A stretch of DNA of 64,000 nt, from assembly GCA_973895155.1 (NCBI GenBank), contig OZ316892.1:1367223-1431222 (forward strand). Reading direction: 5' to 3'. Shown here one piece after another: positions 46,901 to 58,007 of this stretch. Below the pieces are notes generated by a model that was not told the DNA's origin, ran no database searches, and saw only the letters and a list, made by a program, of their open reading frames with translations. The number at the start of each line of letters is the position of its first letter. The stretch's first letter is position 1. This DNA comes from Marsupella aquatica. Its lineage: Eukaryota > Plantae > Marchantiophyta. A program made the position numbers and the translations under genes.

Positions 46901-47111
46901 GTCCTTTGGGACACCCCGAGTCACTATCAGTTGGATGGATGAACCACATATGGGCAAAACCCAATCAGATGATGGGTACACTTCTGACTTCTCAGATTCT
47001 ACTCTCCTTATCAAAACTCCCAAGTTTGAATCTCTAGAAGTCGGATATCTTGATATCATGGAGGTCGAGGGTGACACACCAAGTAAAGGGACTCTCCCAC
47101 CAGTCTCCTGA
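43902..47111 (+). CDS. Gypsy Gag-protease (1069 aa): capsid domain, three CCHC zinc knuckles, aspartic protease
   Basis: FKGTSKEDAETFLKEF...WFINGL; CTRCNNQGHYHHEC, CYNCGQPGHYSPEC, CGNCGKEGHLPVEC; VPVDGGSSVNIM...LLGRPWL. Confidence 0.92.
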   Translation: MSDKGKRSWRLRQEEKARSEAPPTPLNPRGLLPEFQSPDYPTPGNVVERVTLIQRNEIEGTVDKPATSRPTIYKLRSRDVQYISPKPKKKEIDIAKPLRRTQSLDEYEGTPAFQIIGTGKTTNTRHESIIEGGIQQIESLKFNSDSPLLQRTPIDESVRLAEALPSLGYGSASSSLSAISTPNSVNSISPLTSQGSVTSTSSQSLRAYPPINPIPVPIRRPQMARNNIRYDTFKGTSKEDAETFLKEFEAAATSNGQTQDAEKATIFGGLLKKNAQKWYDRFPDKNDWGKTKTGFLDKYKEDGVEARAFARISQLTMKKHGSVRKYADKLLDLVDKYNPNTAKSTTRDWFINGLPSRIARYVRQEGGTTFEEAQEAAQKYVDSEVSEKKRVKKDLKKGKRKDKKKKKKKKSSSSSESGDSDTTTTEGTSSDSGSSSSSSSSPSSDDADTKTKRMQKSTVPQKAKTLDKMMDSLTSKLNKLSVNAAIFKPTRKLPPTIRNNVWCTRCNNQGHYHHECPSLQRAVNYGEEEELLDYGDIYAVQAPFAGQYFPPTAGPTSWAQQKSAGPSSFNRPIPRPPMGPPGGYPPRGAPRVQGTCYNCGQPGHYSPECPYPKREVGYTPICGNCGKEGHLPVECPNPPKPKMMVRFAKEPVKEAPRPEEVRMIYSQENREQCSHVTIEAEAEEEVHNIYTQSLSGTIPDVDLEHLVQDHVVGMPNLRVQERDRVLETYATTRSKSHHEKKHGEDGSKRKKSSKQKSKTRIPAKEGIPKEDDPAYDRYDPKYFQPDISTEVKTQIHELTKDAPLLVERKEVPPELKKPEPKMTLVPTLKPKGYDIVDVVKSQPANITIGELLEDNPTYKKQLRTLLTGRRKRRKLPSVEALRLEWEDKGPPEIEVQIMGCVIPEVPVDGGSSVNIMTEETASNIGIHKFEKTLQVLRMADQSRVVPVGKLIGIDTIIGGLTFPLDFVVLRPEVPSSYPLLLGRPWLYKAKVKVDWHQRQMSFGTPRVTISWMDEPHMGKTQSDDGYTSDFSDSTLLIKTPKFESLEVGYLDIMEVEGDTPSKGTLPPVS

Positions 47112-47141
47112 CATGAGGAGAGGGCAGAGGAAGACACTCGG

Positions 47142-50030
47142 ATGGGCGGAAATCACGATATAAGGAAGGCGCTCACCTGGGATGACATTTCACCAAACGA
47201 AACAGATGGAATTGTCGATCTCCGAAAATGTCAGAAGATTGAGATCGAACCCGGAAAATTTTTAAATATCAGTAATCATATTGAAGGAGAGTTAAGGGAA
47301 AAATATATTGATTTGCTTACTCAGTATAAGGATGTATTTGCCTGGAGCCATAAAGACTTAAAAGGGATACCACCTCACTTGGGAGAGCACAGGATTGACT
47401 TAATTGAAGGAGCAGTTCCAGTAAGGCAAAGACAATATCGTTTGAACCCCAAATATTCTATGCTTGTCAAAGAGGAACTTGATAAGTTGACCGCTGCTGG
47501 TTTTATTTACCCAGTCCTTAGCAGTGAGTGGGTTTCACCCATTGTAATTGTTCCAAAGAAACCCGGACCAGATGGGAAGCCAAAAATCCGAGTATGTCAA
47601 GATTTCAGGAAGCTGAATGCTGCTACTAGAAAAGATCACTATCCCTTACCATTCATAGACCTTGTGTTGGATATGGTTGCTCTTCATGAACTTTATAGTT
47701 TCCTAGATGGATACTCCGGCTACAACCAGGTGTCAATCCGTGAGGAGGACAGAGACAAAACCACCTTCACTACGGATTGGGGAACGTATGCTTTTCGAGT
47801 TATGCCCTTTGGCCTGTGTAATGCACCTGGAACTTTCCAAAGGATTATGATGATTATTTTTCAGGATTTTCTCAGAAAATTCCTGGAAATCTTTATAGAT
47901 GATTTTTGTGTTTATGGATCAGCCACCCAACACCTGGATCACTTAAGACAAACGTTCCAACGCTGTAGGGAATCACAGTTGTGTCTACATCCTGAGAAAT
48001 GTTTCATTGGTATGAAGGAAGGTATTCTGTTAGGACATGTTATCTCCCAAAGAGGAATCGAAGTGGATGCAGAGAAAGTTCGAATTATTCTGGCATTACA
48101 ACCCCCTGGAAATTTGAAGGCGTTGCGAGGCTTCCTAGGCTATGTGGGGTATTATAGAAGATTTATACGGAAGTATGCTGACCTTGCCATGCCTTTAACC
48201 CAGCTCCTTAAGAAGGACGTGGCATATGTATGGACTGCAGCAAGGCAAACAGCCTTTGAAGTTTTAAAAACCAAACTAACTGTTGCGCCCATTCTACAAC
48301 CACCGGATTGGCAGAAACCTTTTCATGTGTATATTGATGCCTCAGCTTTTTGTGTGGGCGCTGCCTTAAGTCAACTGGATGATGAGAAGAAAGACCACCC
48401 TATATATTATGCCAGTAGGCAAATGAATAGTGCTGAAAAGAATTATACGGTCACAGAGAGGGAGGCCTTAGCAGTCATTTTCTCTTGTAAAAAGTTCCGG
48501 CACTATCTTCTGGGTTATAAAACTATTTTCCACACGGATCATTCTTCTTTAAAATACCTAGTGAATCAGGCAGATTTAAGTGGGCGCATTGCTAGGTGGG
48601 TACTTCTTTTACAAGAATATGATTATGAGGTACAAGTTCGAGCCGGGAAACACCATGAGAATGCAGATTTCCTATCACGATTGCCTGGAGATCCTAGTGC
48701 CGAACCTTTGTCTGATCAATTTCCGGACGAACAGCTATGGCATTTGGAAGGAGAAGAATCAAGGTACTTTGACATTGTTCAGATGCTTACTCACGGAATT
48801 TATCCACCAGGGTTGAATGCAGAAGAAAAAGCTGTTTTCCTCTACAAAGTAGGACCATATACTATTGTGAGGGGTGTTCTATTTAAATTATTGCCAAATC
48901 AGAGACTTCACCGTTGCTTGGAAGCTCAAGAAGTTCCAAAGGTCATTTCAGCCTTACACACTGAAGCCTCCGGTGGACACTATGCCGTAAATACAACTGT
49001 TAAGAAAATTAAGGACGCTGGATTTTGGTGGCCTACCATGCATAAGGACACTTATAACTACATTCAAAGCTGTGACCCTTGTCAGCGAATAGGGAAGCCT
49101 ACTGCAACATCAAAATGGCCTCTAACACCCATTTTGCCTCTAGCTCCATTTGAGAAATGGGGGATAGACTTTATTGGCCCCATTTCCCCTGCTGCTAGAC
49201 GAAGTAGAAGCAGATATATCATTCTTGCTACGGACTACCTCACCAAATGGGTGGAGGCTAAGCATACTAGGAAGAATGACGCTGCCACAGCCGCCAATTT
49301 CTTATTTGAAAACATTATTACCCGGTATGGCTGTCCCTTGGAATTGGTAAGTGATCGAGGCCTGCACTTCCTTAATGAGACAATTGAGCTCATCACTGAG
49401 AAATATCTGATTAAGCATCGAAAGACCACCCCTTATAATCCCCGAGCTAACGGATTGACTGAAAGAGCTAATGGGTTAATGGGAAAAATATTGAATAAAA
49501 TGGTGGAAGCACATAAAACGGATTGGGACATCAAACTCCACTCTGCTTTATGGGCTTACAGAACTGCAGAAAAGATTACTACCTTGAGAACGCCCTTCTA
49601 CTTAACTTTTGGTATGCATAGTGTTACCCCCATTGAATTTGAACTACCTACTGAACGGCTTCTGATCTCTGAGAGGTTACCTGAACTTGATAGTTTCCAC
49701 ACTAGGTTGGAAGTTCTGGATGAATTAGAAGAACATAGACTTCTAGCGTTACAGCATACCATACAACAACAGGATAAACGGAAGATGGCCTATGATAAGA
49801 GGTTAAAAATACCGACACTACAGCCAGGAGATTTGGCGCTTGTGTATGACTCTAGGTATATGTTCTTCCCTGGGAAGCTTCACACTCACTGGATCGGCCC
49901 TTACAGAGTTGTTACCGTATGGCCTAATGGGTCTTTAACTTTGGAAACCTTGAATAGAGAACCTCTTGATACCAGAATCAATGGATCCAGAGTGAAGAAA
50001 TATTATATACCCCACTCCAATGGCTTGTGA
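47142..50030 (+). CDS. Gypsy Pol: RT-RNaseH-integrase, intact, non-chromoviral
   Basis: RVCQDFRKLN, LDGYSGYNQ, MPFGLCNAP, FIDDF; IDAS..YYASR..ERE; GGHY, CDPC, WGIDFIGP, SDRGLHF, NGLTER, GPY. Confidence 0.95.
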   Translation: MGGNHDIRKALTWDDISPNETDGIVDLRKCQKIEIEPGKFLNISNHIEGELREKYIDLLTQYKDVFAWSHKDLKGIPPHLGEHRIDLIEGAVPVRQRQYRLNPKYSMLVKEELDKLTAAGFIYPVLSSEWVSPIVIVPKKPGPDGKPKIRVCQDFRKLNAATRKDHYPLPFIDLVLDMVALHELYSFLDGYSGYNQVSIREEDRDKTTFTTDWGTYAFRVMPFGLCNAPGTFQRIMMIIFQDFLRKFLEIFIDDFCVYGSATQHLDHLRQTFQRCRESQLCLHPEKCFIGMKEGILLGHVISQRGIEVDAEKVRIILALQPPGNLKALRGFLGYVGYYRRFIRKYADLAMPLTQLLKKDVAYVWTAARQTAFEVLKTKLTVAPILQPPDWQKPFHVYIDASAFCVGAALSQLDDEKKDHPIYYASRQMNSAEKNYTVTEREALAVIFSCKKFRHYLLGYKTIFHTDHSSLKYLVNQADLSGRIARWVLLLQEYDYEVQVRAGKHHENADFLSRLPGDPSAEPLSDQFPDEQLWHLEGEESRYFDIVQMLTHGIYPPGLNAEEKAVFLYKVGPYTIVRGVLFKLLPNQRLHRCLEAQEVPKVISALHTEASGGHYAVNTTVKKIKDAGFWWPTMHKDTYNYIQSCDPCQRIGKPTATSKWPLTPILPLAPFEKWGIDFIGPISPAARRSRSRYIILATDYLTKWVEAKHTRKNDAATAANFLFENIITRYGCPLELVSDRGLHFLNETIELITEKYLIKHRKTTPYNPRANGLTERANGLMGKILNKMVEAHKTDWDIKLHSALWAYRTAEKITTLRTPFYLTFGMHSVTPIEFELPTERLLISERLPELDSFHTRLEVLDELEEHRLLALQHTIQQQDKRKMAYDKRLKIPTLQPGDLALVYDSRYMFFPGKLHTHWIGPYRVVTVWPNGSLTLETLNREPLDTRINGSRVKKYYIPHSNGL

Positions 50031-50046
50031 GGGCACGGCGCCGTTT

Positions 50047-50059
50047 GAGGAGAGGGCTA
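50047..50059 (+). other. Polypurine tract
   Basis: gaggagagggcta directly before the TGTAG start of the LTR. Confidence 0.8.
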
Positions 50060-53000
50060 TGTAGATAGGCAGTAATTCCAAAGTCATGAAGAAAACCGGA
50101 AAATTTTTAAATTTTTGAAGTAGTTAAACTATATTTGCTGATAACTCGAGTAAACTAAACTCTGCCGAAGATTAAGAGTTTAAGAGTTGAAGAGTTAAAG
50201 TGTTTAAGAGTTTACGGGTTTACGAGTAAACCCTACTTTAATAGTTTAAGAGTTTAAGAGTTGAAGAGTTGAAGTGTTTAATAGTTTAAGAGTTTAAGGG
50301 TTTACGAGTAAACCCTACTTTAAGACTTTACGACTTTAAGAGTTGCGACTTGCGAACTGGCGAGCCCCGCGATTGTGACAGGCTATGGCTAACTCCAACG
50401 GGACTTTGCAACAAAACGAGGAGCAGGCCTTGAAGGGGGAGGAATCCAGAACATAGGCGCTCACTCCTGACTTCTCTTCCGCTGCATCTTTCATCGCTCT
50501 CGACTCCAAACAATTCTTCGCGTAGCTCAGTGAGCAGAATTTGAGCTATGGCTGACTTGAACGCTGATGCACAGTATCGTGTTCAAACTCTGGCAATTCC
50601 TAAGAGTGTGGTCGCTCGAATTCCTTTGGCGCCCGACAGTTGTGAAAATTTGAGAACATCGTTACAGCAGCTCGGATTGGAACATCTACTCGCAATCCCT
50701 TGGAATGTGGAGCTCGACTCTTATTTACAGGATTTTGTGAGAGGATCACTGATTGCCCCTGAATTTCGACAAACCATTCGAGCTCGGCCAAGTTTATGGA
50801 CAGTTGAGCAAGTAGCTCATGCCTTCCGCTGCCCCTTAGATGGAGAAGGATTATATTCAAAGAAAAAAGATTTGTCCACTCCTTACTTTTCAGGGATTCG
50901 CCATCCTACCAATGGCTGGAATGTGACACAATGTACCTATCCGGATTTGAGGATTCTTTTAGAATTTCTAGTGCCCATTCTCCATCCGAAGAGACCAACT
51001 ATCTGCCCTGTGGCATTGGCGAATACTATCGTAGCTTCTCACAGTGGAGCTATTCAAGTAAATTGGGCGTTGTTACTTTTCAATGTGATGCACGATCAGG
51101 TGAGAAGTATGAAGGCAGGCAGACCTACTTGTCTACAAGTCTATCTATCTCAGCTGTATCAAGCACATGACTGTTTACATCCGGAGGAGAAAACAGAAAG
51201 GGGATTACTTCTGATCGAGTTGGACATTGAGGAAGAAATTAGTGTAGCAGAATCAGAACAGGACATTCTGCTGAATTCCACTGATCAGGATGTTAATATG
51301 GAGGATGTCTCGATAGATGGTTCGGAATTTCCCCCTGAACACAACATGGAGGTCATTTTATACTCTCCAAGAGAAATCAGTGGAGCAGATCAACTTGAAG
51401 CTGAAGGAGACGAGATTTTTCCTGAGCAACAAGAAGTCGTTGTTGAACCAACTATTACTGCCATACGAGGAGTCACCATGCCCCCTTTTTCGAAAGCAGA
51501 GTCAAATCAGCAGCTTATTGATAAGTTAATCTCTCTCTTCGGTTGCAGTGATGTTGAACTCTACGATGTTGTCTGTGATTTGAGATCCGAGGCAGTTAGC
51601 TTATCCTCTCCATTTCCAGATCAGCTAACCCCTGTCAGGACCGCTTCTCCCATTGAGAGGTCAGCACCAGAAGAATTTGTTGCTCTCACTCCTACTGTCC
51701 CACAGAATCTACCTCCAGAGCCAAGTGAACCTGTCTCAAGGATAGGAAACACAAGTTGTGTTGCAATTGTAACTGACCTACTGGAATTGCTTCAGTGTGA
51801 ACCTGAGGAGATAATCTCTGTGGTTAGTGACTTAATTCCGAAGTACACAGAATTCAAAGGCCCTTCCAACCCGGGTGACTGCATTTATAGTCCAGATTCC
51901 AATTATGAGCCAACCGAGGGACCTATTTATACCCAACCACAGTATGAACATCCTTCTGTTAGACAGGATCTTCCTGAGGATTCTGATCCACCCTCTGATT
52001 TTGATTCCATCCGATCTTATGACAACTCTGTCGAGTCGTCACCAAGGCAAGGATTTGAGGATGTTGACACTACCTTAAGATCTGATCCAAATTTAGTGGC
52101 AGTTGTCACCTCCTCTACTCAAACACCCCGGTATTCTGTCATTGAGAAAAGATATACACGACATCCAGAGTCTCAAGTGCAGAGGTACGTGGAGACTTGT
52201 AAGATAATGCAGGCCAACAGACCCCCAATTGGAGAGTTTTGGAGATACTACTACCTTAAGAAGACTGAGGCCAGTTACATATTTGACCTCAGAAGTTTCG
52301 GAACTTCAAGAGTGGAGATGGCTCAATTTGATGAGTTCTGGGCTGACTCAATCTACTTCCGACCCATCCTTGCTATGATGCTACTTCAAGGGGATGTAGA
52401 AGTAGAAGATCCAGATTTGGTTTTGGCCTATTTCGGGAATTTTGCAGCTTACGCTCTGGACTTTGTGATTTCTTTTCTCATGCAGAGTAAGAAATCCACT
52501 TCTCACCAGAACTCTTACATCCCACGAGAGCCGAAGGTTGTCCTTGTTTCCACCAGTTCCCTAGCTGAGAAACAGAGGATCTGGAATAATGTCACTACTC
52601 AGACCCTGGCTCATTTCAACCGATATTTTAAGGATGTCAGATGGAGACTTCGACCCTTCTATTCCAGGATGATGAATAGTGATGAGTTTCTGCATCACTA
52701 TCCCCAAGTATATGCTGCCACCTGCAACAACTATGATGTGATCGGGATGTACAGAGAAGCTCTTCGTATAGATTCCTATTATTTGATGAAGAGAATGCCT
52801 TTGATGTATCCTGAGAGACAACTGAGGTGCCTACCATACTCCAGAGGATCCCCACGCCAAGCTAAGCTGATAGAGGTTACCCAGAACTGAATTGTTACCC
52901 TTGTGGAGTTACTAGAACCAGAGGACATCCGACAGCAAGCTTGAAGAAGTCTCTAAGTGTTCTTAGTTAGTTTTTAGAGTAGTGCATCTTATCTGATTTT

Positions 53001-54176
53001 TAGAAATGTGTTCTAGAGCTTTAGAAGCTGTCATACTTCTTTAGGCTGTAGTCTGTACCTAGGAAACCCTGCTGGAAAAATTTCAGAGTTTTCTGAACCA
53101 GGAGTAGAAAGTTAAAAATAGTTGAATCTACTCAATTTTTAGTATACCGAAATTAAGAGTTTAAGAGTTTAAGTTTTTACGTTTTTAAGAGTTTAAGTTT
53201 TTACGTTTTTAAGAGTTTAAGTTTTTACGTTTTTAAGAGTTTAAGTTTTTAAGAGTTTAAGAGTTCATACTTACCCATTTTTTCCGGCTTTCCACTTACT
53301 GAATCGCCATTTTAAAATTTTGAGGGGTATGAAGAGGCATGTCTCTTCGACCCTGTGACCTCTTATTCTGTAGTTCATCACTATTTATACCTCTTTCCCT
53401 AGTGTAGAGAGATGGTTAAGTTTTGCAGTTTTGCCTCTCCCTTGTGTTAAACTAGTTGATCATGAATCTATGAGTTCGAGATCAGGTTTAACATTTGGAG
53501 AGACTTACCTCCTTCTTGTATTTTGGAACCCAAATACTTGAAGTAAAACCTCAGTTATGAATCTCGTGAATTATAATGTCAGATTCCGCTTTGGTGACAC
53601 ATTGTAATCTCACAAGTTCTTAGAGTTAACTCATTGAGTTTAAGTTGCATTGGAAATGATGTTTTCACCTTCATGTTGCTTAGTACCATCTAAATGCTGA
53701 AGTATTTATCCTTTTAGATCTTGACTAAGTATCACTTAGGAAGAAAGGTCAAGACATGTTGCCGGCATTTTAAAAGGATACTCTAGTATGCAGTTTAGAT
53801 CTGAAAAGCCGTGTGGATTTGGATTCCCTTAAAGTCATTCCATTATTACTTATGTCTAAGGAGTAACCTTGGTCTATTCCAGACTCCCTTAAGCATACTC
53901 TGAGAGATTTTTCCTTGTGTTTTGTTAATTGCAATCTTTTGCTTAATTGAAGGTTATCTGATGTTGAGTTATCATCAAAAACTACTCACCGCTGTGGAGC
54001 GATCTTCAAAGTACCTGATTAAAGTAGTCAAGATTGATTACTATGTGTGACACAAGAGCTTAAAGCTTTGTTTTTAGTTTATTACATCAAACCAACCCCA
54101 TCTTGTTCTTAAAGGGAACGAATACCGAGTTTAGAGACTTTAAAATGTGATTTTTGGTTCTCTATGGCAAACTACA
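50060..54176 (+). repeat. 4117-bp 3' LTR, copy 2
   Basis: Preceded by the PPT; TGTAG...CTACA termini; followed by the tgaac TSD and host RT sequence. Confidence 0.92.
50548..52890 (+). CDS. 780-aa accessory protein encoded inside the LTR (copy 2)
   Basis: Translation identical to 37552..39894 except one N/S change. Confidence 0.85.
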   Translation: MADLNADAQYRVQTLAIPKSVVARIPLAPDSCENLRTSLQQLGLEHLLAIPWNVELDSYLQDFVRGSLIAPEFRQTIRARPSLWTVEQVAHAFRCPLDGEGLYSKKKDLSTPYFSGIRHPTNGWNVTQCTYPDLRILLEFLVPILHPKRPTICPVALANTIVASHSGAIQVNWALLLFNVMHDQVRSMKAGRPTCLQVYLSQLYQAHDCLHPEEKTERGLLLIELDIEEEISVAESEQDILLNSTDQDVNMEDVSIDGSEFPPEHNMEVILYSPREISGADQLEAEGDEIFPEQQEVVVEPTITAIRGVTMPPFSKAESNQQLIDKLISLFGCSDVELYDVVCDLRSEAVSLSSPFPDQLTPVRTASPIERSAPEEFVALTPTVPQNLPPEPSEPVSRIGNTSCVAIVTDLLELLQCEPEEIISVVSDLIPKYTEFKGPSNPGDCIYSPDSNYEPTEGPIYTQPQYEHPSVRQDLPEDSDPPSDFDSIRSYDNSVESSPRQGFEDVDTTLRSDPNLVAVVTSSTQTPRYSVIEKRYTRHPESQVQRYVETCKIMQANRPPIGEFWRYYYLKKTEASYIFDLRSFGTSRVEMAQFDEFWADSIYFRPILAMMLLQGDVEVEDPDLVLAYFGNFAAYALDFVISFLMQSKKSTSHQNSYIPREPKVVLVSTSSLAEKQRIWNNVTTQTLAHFNRYFKDVRWRLRPFYSRMMNSDEFLHHYPQVYAATCNNYDVIGMYREALRIDSYYLMKRMPLMYPERQLRCLPYSRGSPRQAKLIEVTQN

Positions 54177-54951
54177 TGAACCTTAGCTTCCCATTCTTCT
54201 TTCTCACCGTGAACCACCGATTTGAGTACGGAGCGTTTGATCTCTCAAGGATTTTGGCATCTAACTTCTCCTTGAGTAACTCCACCAATTTAGGCATCAG
54301 TGCTCGTGGCACAGGAATTGGCTTAAGGTCCCAAGGAACATGTGGAACAGTGAAGATTACCATTGGTGTGATCTCCCTTGGATCAGCACATCCAATCTCT
54401 CCAATGGAAAAGGAAAAGGCCTTTTCATGTTTGATGATCATCTCCTTGAAGGCTCTTCTCTCTTCCTCTAGTAAACCCTTATCACCAATCTTTAATTTGA
54501 GCAACGTCTCCTCAGTGAATTTATGCCCAATCTTAGTACGATCTCTAAGACTTGGCTCCTCCTTTGCCCGCCTCAATATTTCCTTAGCCTCAGATGGCAA
54601 GGGAACTGCTGCAGGTCGCACCTTCTTGTCCACTGTTTTGTACTTTGTGTGTACTTCTGCAAAGCGCTCAATGTAACCATACACATCCCTTTCCACCTCC
54701 ACTTCTCCATTTTCTTCCTCAATGTCTCCAATAATCTCTCGAAGAGAGGGTGGTAATTCCCTTTCCTCGAGTACTCCTTCTATTCTCGCTTCAACCTTCA
54801 ACACTCCTAATGTGAACAAATCTTTTTCTTTCTTTTCCAACATCTTCTGAGCTCGCCTCTTCACACCACCTTTATGAAAATAGCTCACTTCACTAGTCCT
54901 ACTCACACCAACAAAAGAGGAATGAACCTCCATAGACGAGACTAAAGGCTT

Positions 54952-54999
54952 GGCGTCCTGCCTGCTCGTTTCTCTTAGCGGGACGCCTAGTCGAAACCC
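54952..54999 (-). promoter_or_regulatory. Candidate -1 programmed ribosomal frameshift signal (duplicate at 41956-42003)
   Basis: Slippery heptamer G GGT TTC in the PR frame, 5-nt spacer, stem GGCGTCC/GGACGCC; the -1 frame opens into the RT ORF. Confidence 0.7.
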
Positions 55000-57900
55000 T
55001 TCATACTCTGATCGGACCTGTACTCCTCCACTGTTCTTAATTCCCGATGATCTCTTGTACTACCTGGCCAAAGTGTGGGAAATTGAATCTTCTTCAAGTC
55101 ATCCTTGCTCTTCACTTTTGCCATGTGAGTACCATCGTCAAGTACCATGGTCTCTACTCGTAATTCCGTGATGAAAGGAACACCAAGAATAAGAGGATAT
55201 GGAAGTTTTTCAAATACAAAGACATTGATAGCTTCTACCACATTCCCAAGTTTGATCATGATCTCGGGACATGCTCTCCACAAGGGATTTTCCCTTGTGC
55301 CCACTGAATTGACATTCCATTTGATGTCACAATCAATCTTCCAATGCCCTTTTTGGTATGTCTCTTTAGACATTAGATTCAATTCAGATCCTGAGTCTAG
55401 GAGTGCCCGAATTCCTCCTTCAGCACCAAGCAATTGCACCTCAATCTCCGGGCAAGCTCTTGCCCAATACGGTCGGATTGTTTCCCGCAAATCCACCTCA
55501 TGTAGGGCTACATTGCCAGAATACCTGAAGTTGCTTCATGGTGACTCATGGTAGCACAAAATACATTTCCCTCCAATTCTTTTTCTTCTTCTTCATCTTC
55601 TAGATCATCTTCATAGTCATAGCTAAGAATCTTGGCAGTTAGTGCATGAGGTCCCTCTTGTAAACCCTTTTTCTTCTTGCCCTATCCAAGATCTTGCCTT
55701 GTAAGTCTAAACGAAGACTTCCAAAAAGTTCTCCATTAGTGAACCCCCTAGCCTCTTGCTGCCAAAATTTCTCGGCAATCACTTCTGGATCAACAGTTTG
55801 CTCCACCTCTCTAGTAAGCAAATAGTCTGGGCTCTTCTTAGCACCTTTCTTTGGGGTGTCAGTATCCATTGAGCTTCCATGGGAGATTTCTTCTTGACTC
55901 TTGCTTGTGGACGCTTCAGGCTCCTCGAATCGTACTCCTTTCTCTTTGGCTTGACGTGTGAAGCGAGGTCCTGCTTCGGGTCTCTGTTGTTTTTCTCTCC
56001 TTTGGGTTTCTTCCATAGAAGTGCCTTCATACCTCCTCTTATCTTCCACAGCGGCATTCCATGCTGCTCCTACTTCCGTAGTGATAGAGTTGATCAACAC
56101 AGGCACATCCCAACCAGATTTTCTCTTGATACTTTCCGCAAGTCTCTTCCTCTCAATAATATCAAGATGCTCTATGGAAGGCAAATCCTTCTTAACTTGA
56201 AGACTGAAGACAGAAGGATCACCATACATCGCTACAGCACTAGAAACTTTCTCTCTCATTCTCTGTTCCACAATCTGCTTCATTCCTCCTCGGTTCACAT
56301 TCATTGGTATTGGCTCTCCAGAATCAACAAATGCAATCTTCCCTTCCACAAACTTGACATGTCGAAGTCGCAATGCTTCTGTCAGTTCTCCACAATCCCT
56401 TTTGTGATGCTCCTTGCTATCACACCACAAACAATTCCAATTTTTATTCAAGGCTGCTAGTGATGTTCCACCAGGGTTTTTGTTCTCCAAGGCTTGAATT
56501 GAAAGAGCAAGCTTTGCTATCATGTCTGTCAATGATGCTATGTCGCCCCCTTCTATGATGCTGCTTTTGACTTCTTTTTCTCCTCCATCAGTAGTGCTTT
56601 CTTCTCTAACTTTTCTCAAGTCTAGAATGGGAGCTTCCGCTTCTTGATCGACCTCCCTTCTCCTCCTTTGCTTTGTCACCTTGTGGATTGCAGCTTCTGC
56701 TTGTTCCCAAGTGACTTCATCCGCATCTGGAGCAATAACATCTAGAGCATTGTCCAACTCTACCCTCAAAGGAGATGTGGAACACTATTAGAAACTTGGA
56801 GAGTGCTTAGGCGGAGCTGGTCTGTGCTCTCTCCTTTTGCGGTCCCGCCCTTACCGGTGCAGGAATGGGATGCAATTCGGATTCACATGGGTAATCTGGG
56901 AACGAGATACAAGTGCATTCGATTGAGCTTATTAAGAGGAGATATGAGCTTGGATTCGGATTTTTATGAGCTGCGACGCGGGAGGTAGGGTTTGGAATTT
57001 GGTCAACACATGGGCGATTGAGTCTGGGGCTGAAGCAACGAGGCTTCGATTGGGATGAAGAAGGAAAGACAAAGTGGCTCATGGAGGGCTACCCGGCATG
57101 GCTAGCGCTTGATTATCAGTGGGCGGTCTGAAGAGCCAGGCTCGAGGCGGACTTATCCCTAGAGGGTTCTACTGCAATCAGTTGCATCGACTGGTGACTG
57201 CTTTCGGGATGTCCACTCTTATTGCATCGCGGGTGGAGGAGACCTTAAGAAAATTGGGAATGGGAGAGATGGTAGATGCTGTGACTTTGATTCATTAGGC
57301 TACTCGGAGAAGCTTTAAACAGGAATTTAGGGACGGCGGATCGAGGCTGGAAATTAATGGCTGCGGCATGGATAGATTGCTTATGGTGAAATGAGCTATG
57401 AGGGCTTGGAAATACTGGCAGTATAGTCATTTGGGAGAGGCCGGAGGAATGGTCGGTCGGAGTGGCACGAGTTGGCTGTTCAGAGAGTAGGGGATAGAAT
57501 GGAGAATGGTGTGCTGCACTAGGACCTCTTTTGAGAATGAGCTATTGTGCTCCACTGAGGTCGTGGTGGAGAACTCCATCATCTTAAGGGGAAACTGTGA
57601 ACTGGATTAGGGGCGGAAGTTTTGTGAGCGTTTGCGCAGTGTTGGGAAACTCTGTGTTGTTTACGGGCCACCACTGTGGATGGGCTGGTAGTGACGATGA
57701 GGGAGAACGCCCTAAAAGCAAGTGGCTTTGAATTGATTGTTTGCAGTATCGTGATTGTGGTGTGAATTTGTACTGGCGGGGGGAGATTGAAGTTGGAACC
57801 CAAGCACGGGACTGTATCTTCCTTGAAATTGGGAAGGAGTTCACTGTGAATTCCTTGACCTGCGCAATTGGGTAATGCGCAAGGCGCGGATGTGGAGCAG

Positions 57901-58007
57901 TGAATAACGGAAGGAGCTCGTTGTCAGGTAAGCTTGGAGCATTCTTGGGCCTTTGATTGTATAAATTGGACCATGCTTAGGCTATAATAGAGGAAACATC
58001 TTGGAAT

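Larger units (their letters stand above)
32826..56769 (-). mobile_element. Decayed Ty3/Gypsy element (gag-PR / RT-RH-INT), split by the long-LTR element at TGAAC and cut by a LINE at ~56770
   Basis: gag with CLWCDSKEHHKRDC (55639..56769); PR LLDSGSE (54987..55496); RT split KNGKLRF|IQDMQP across 54177/37063; LPQGATNS and FLDDIPIKG; INT GHKG, CKVC, WAVDVV, RADRGEL (34447..35982). Confidence 0.9.
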
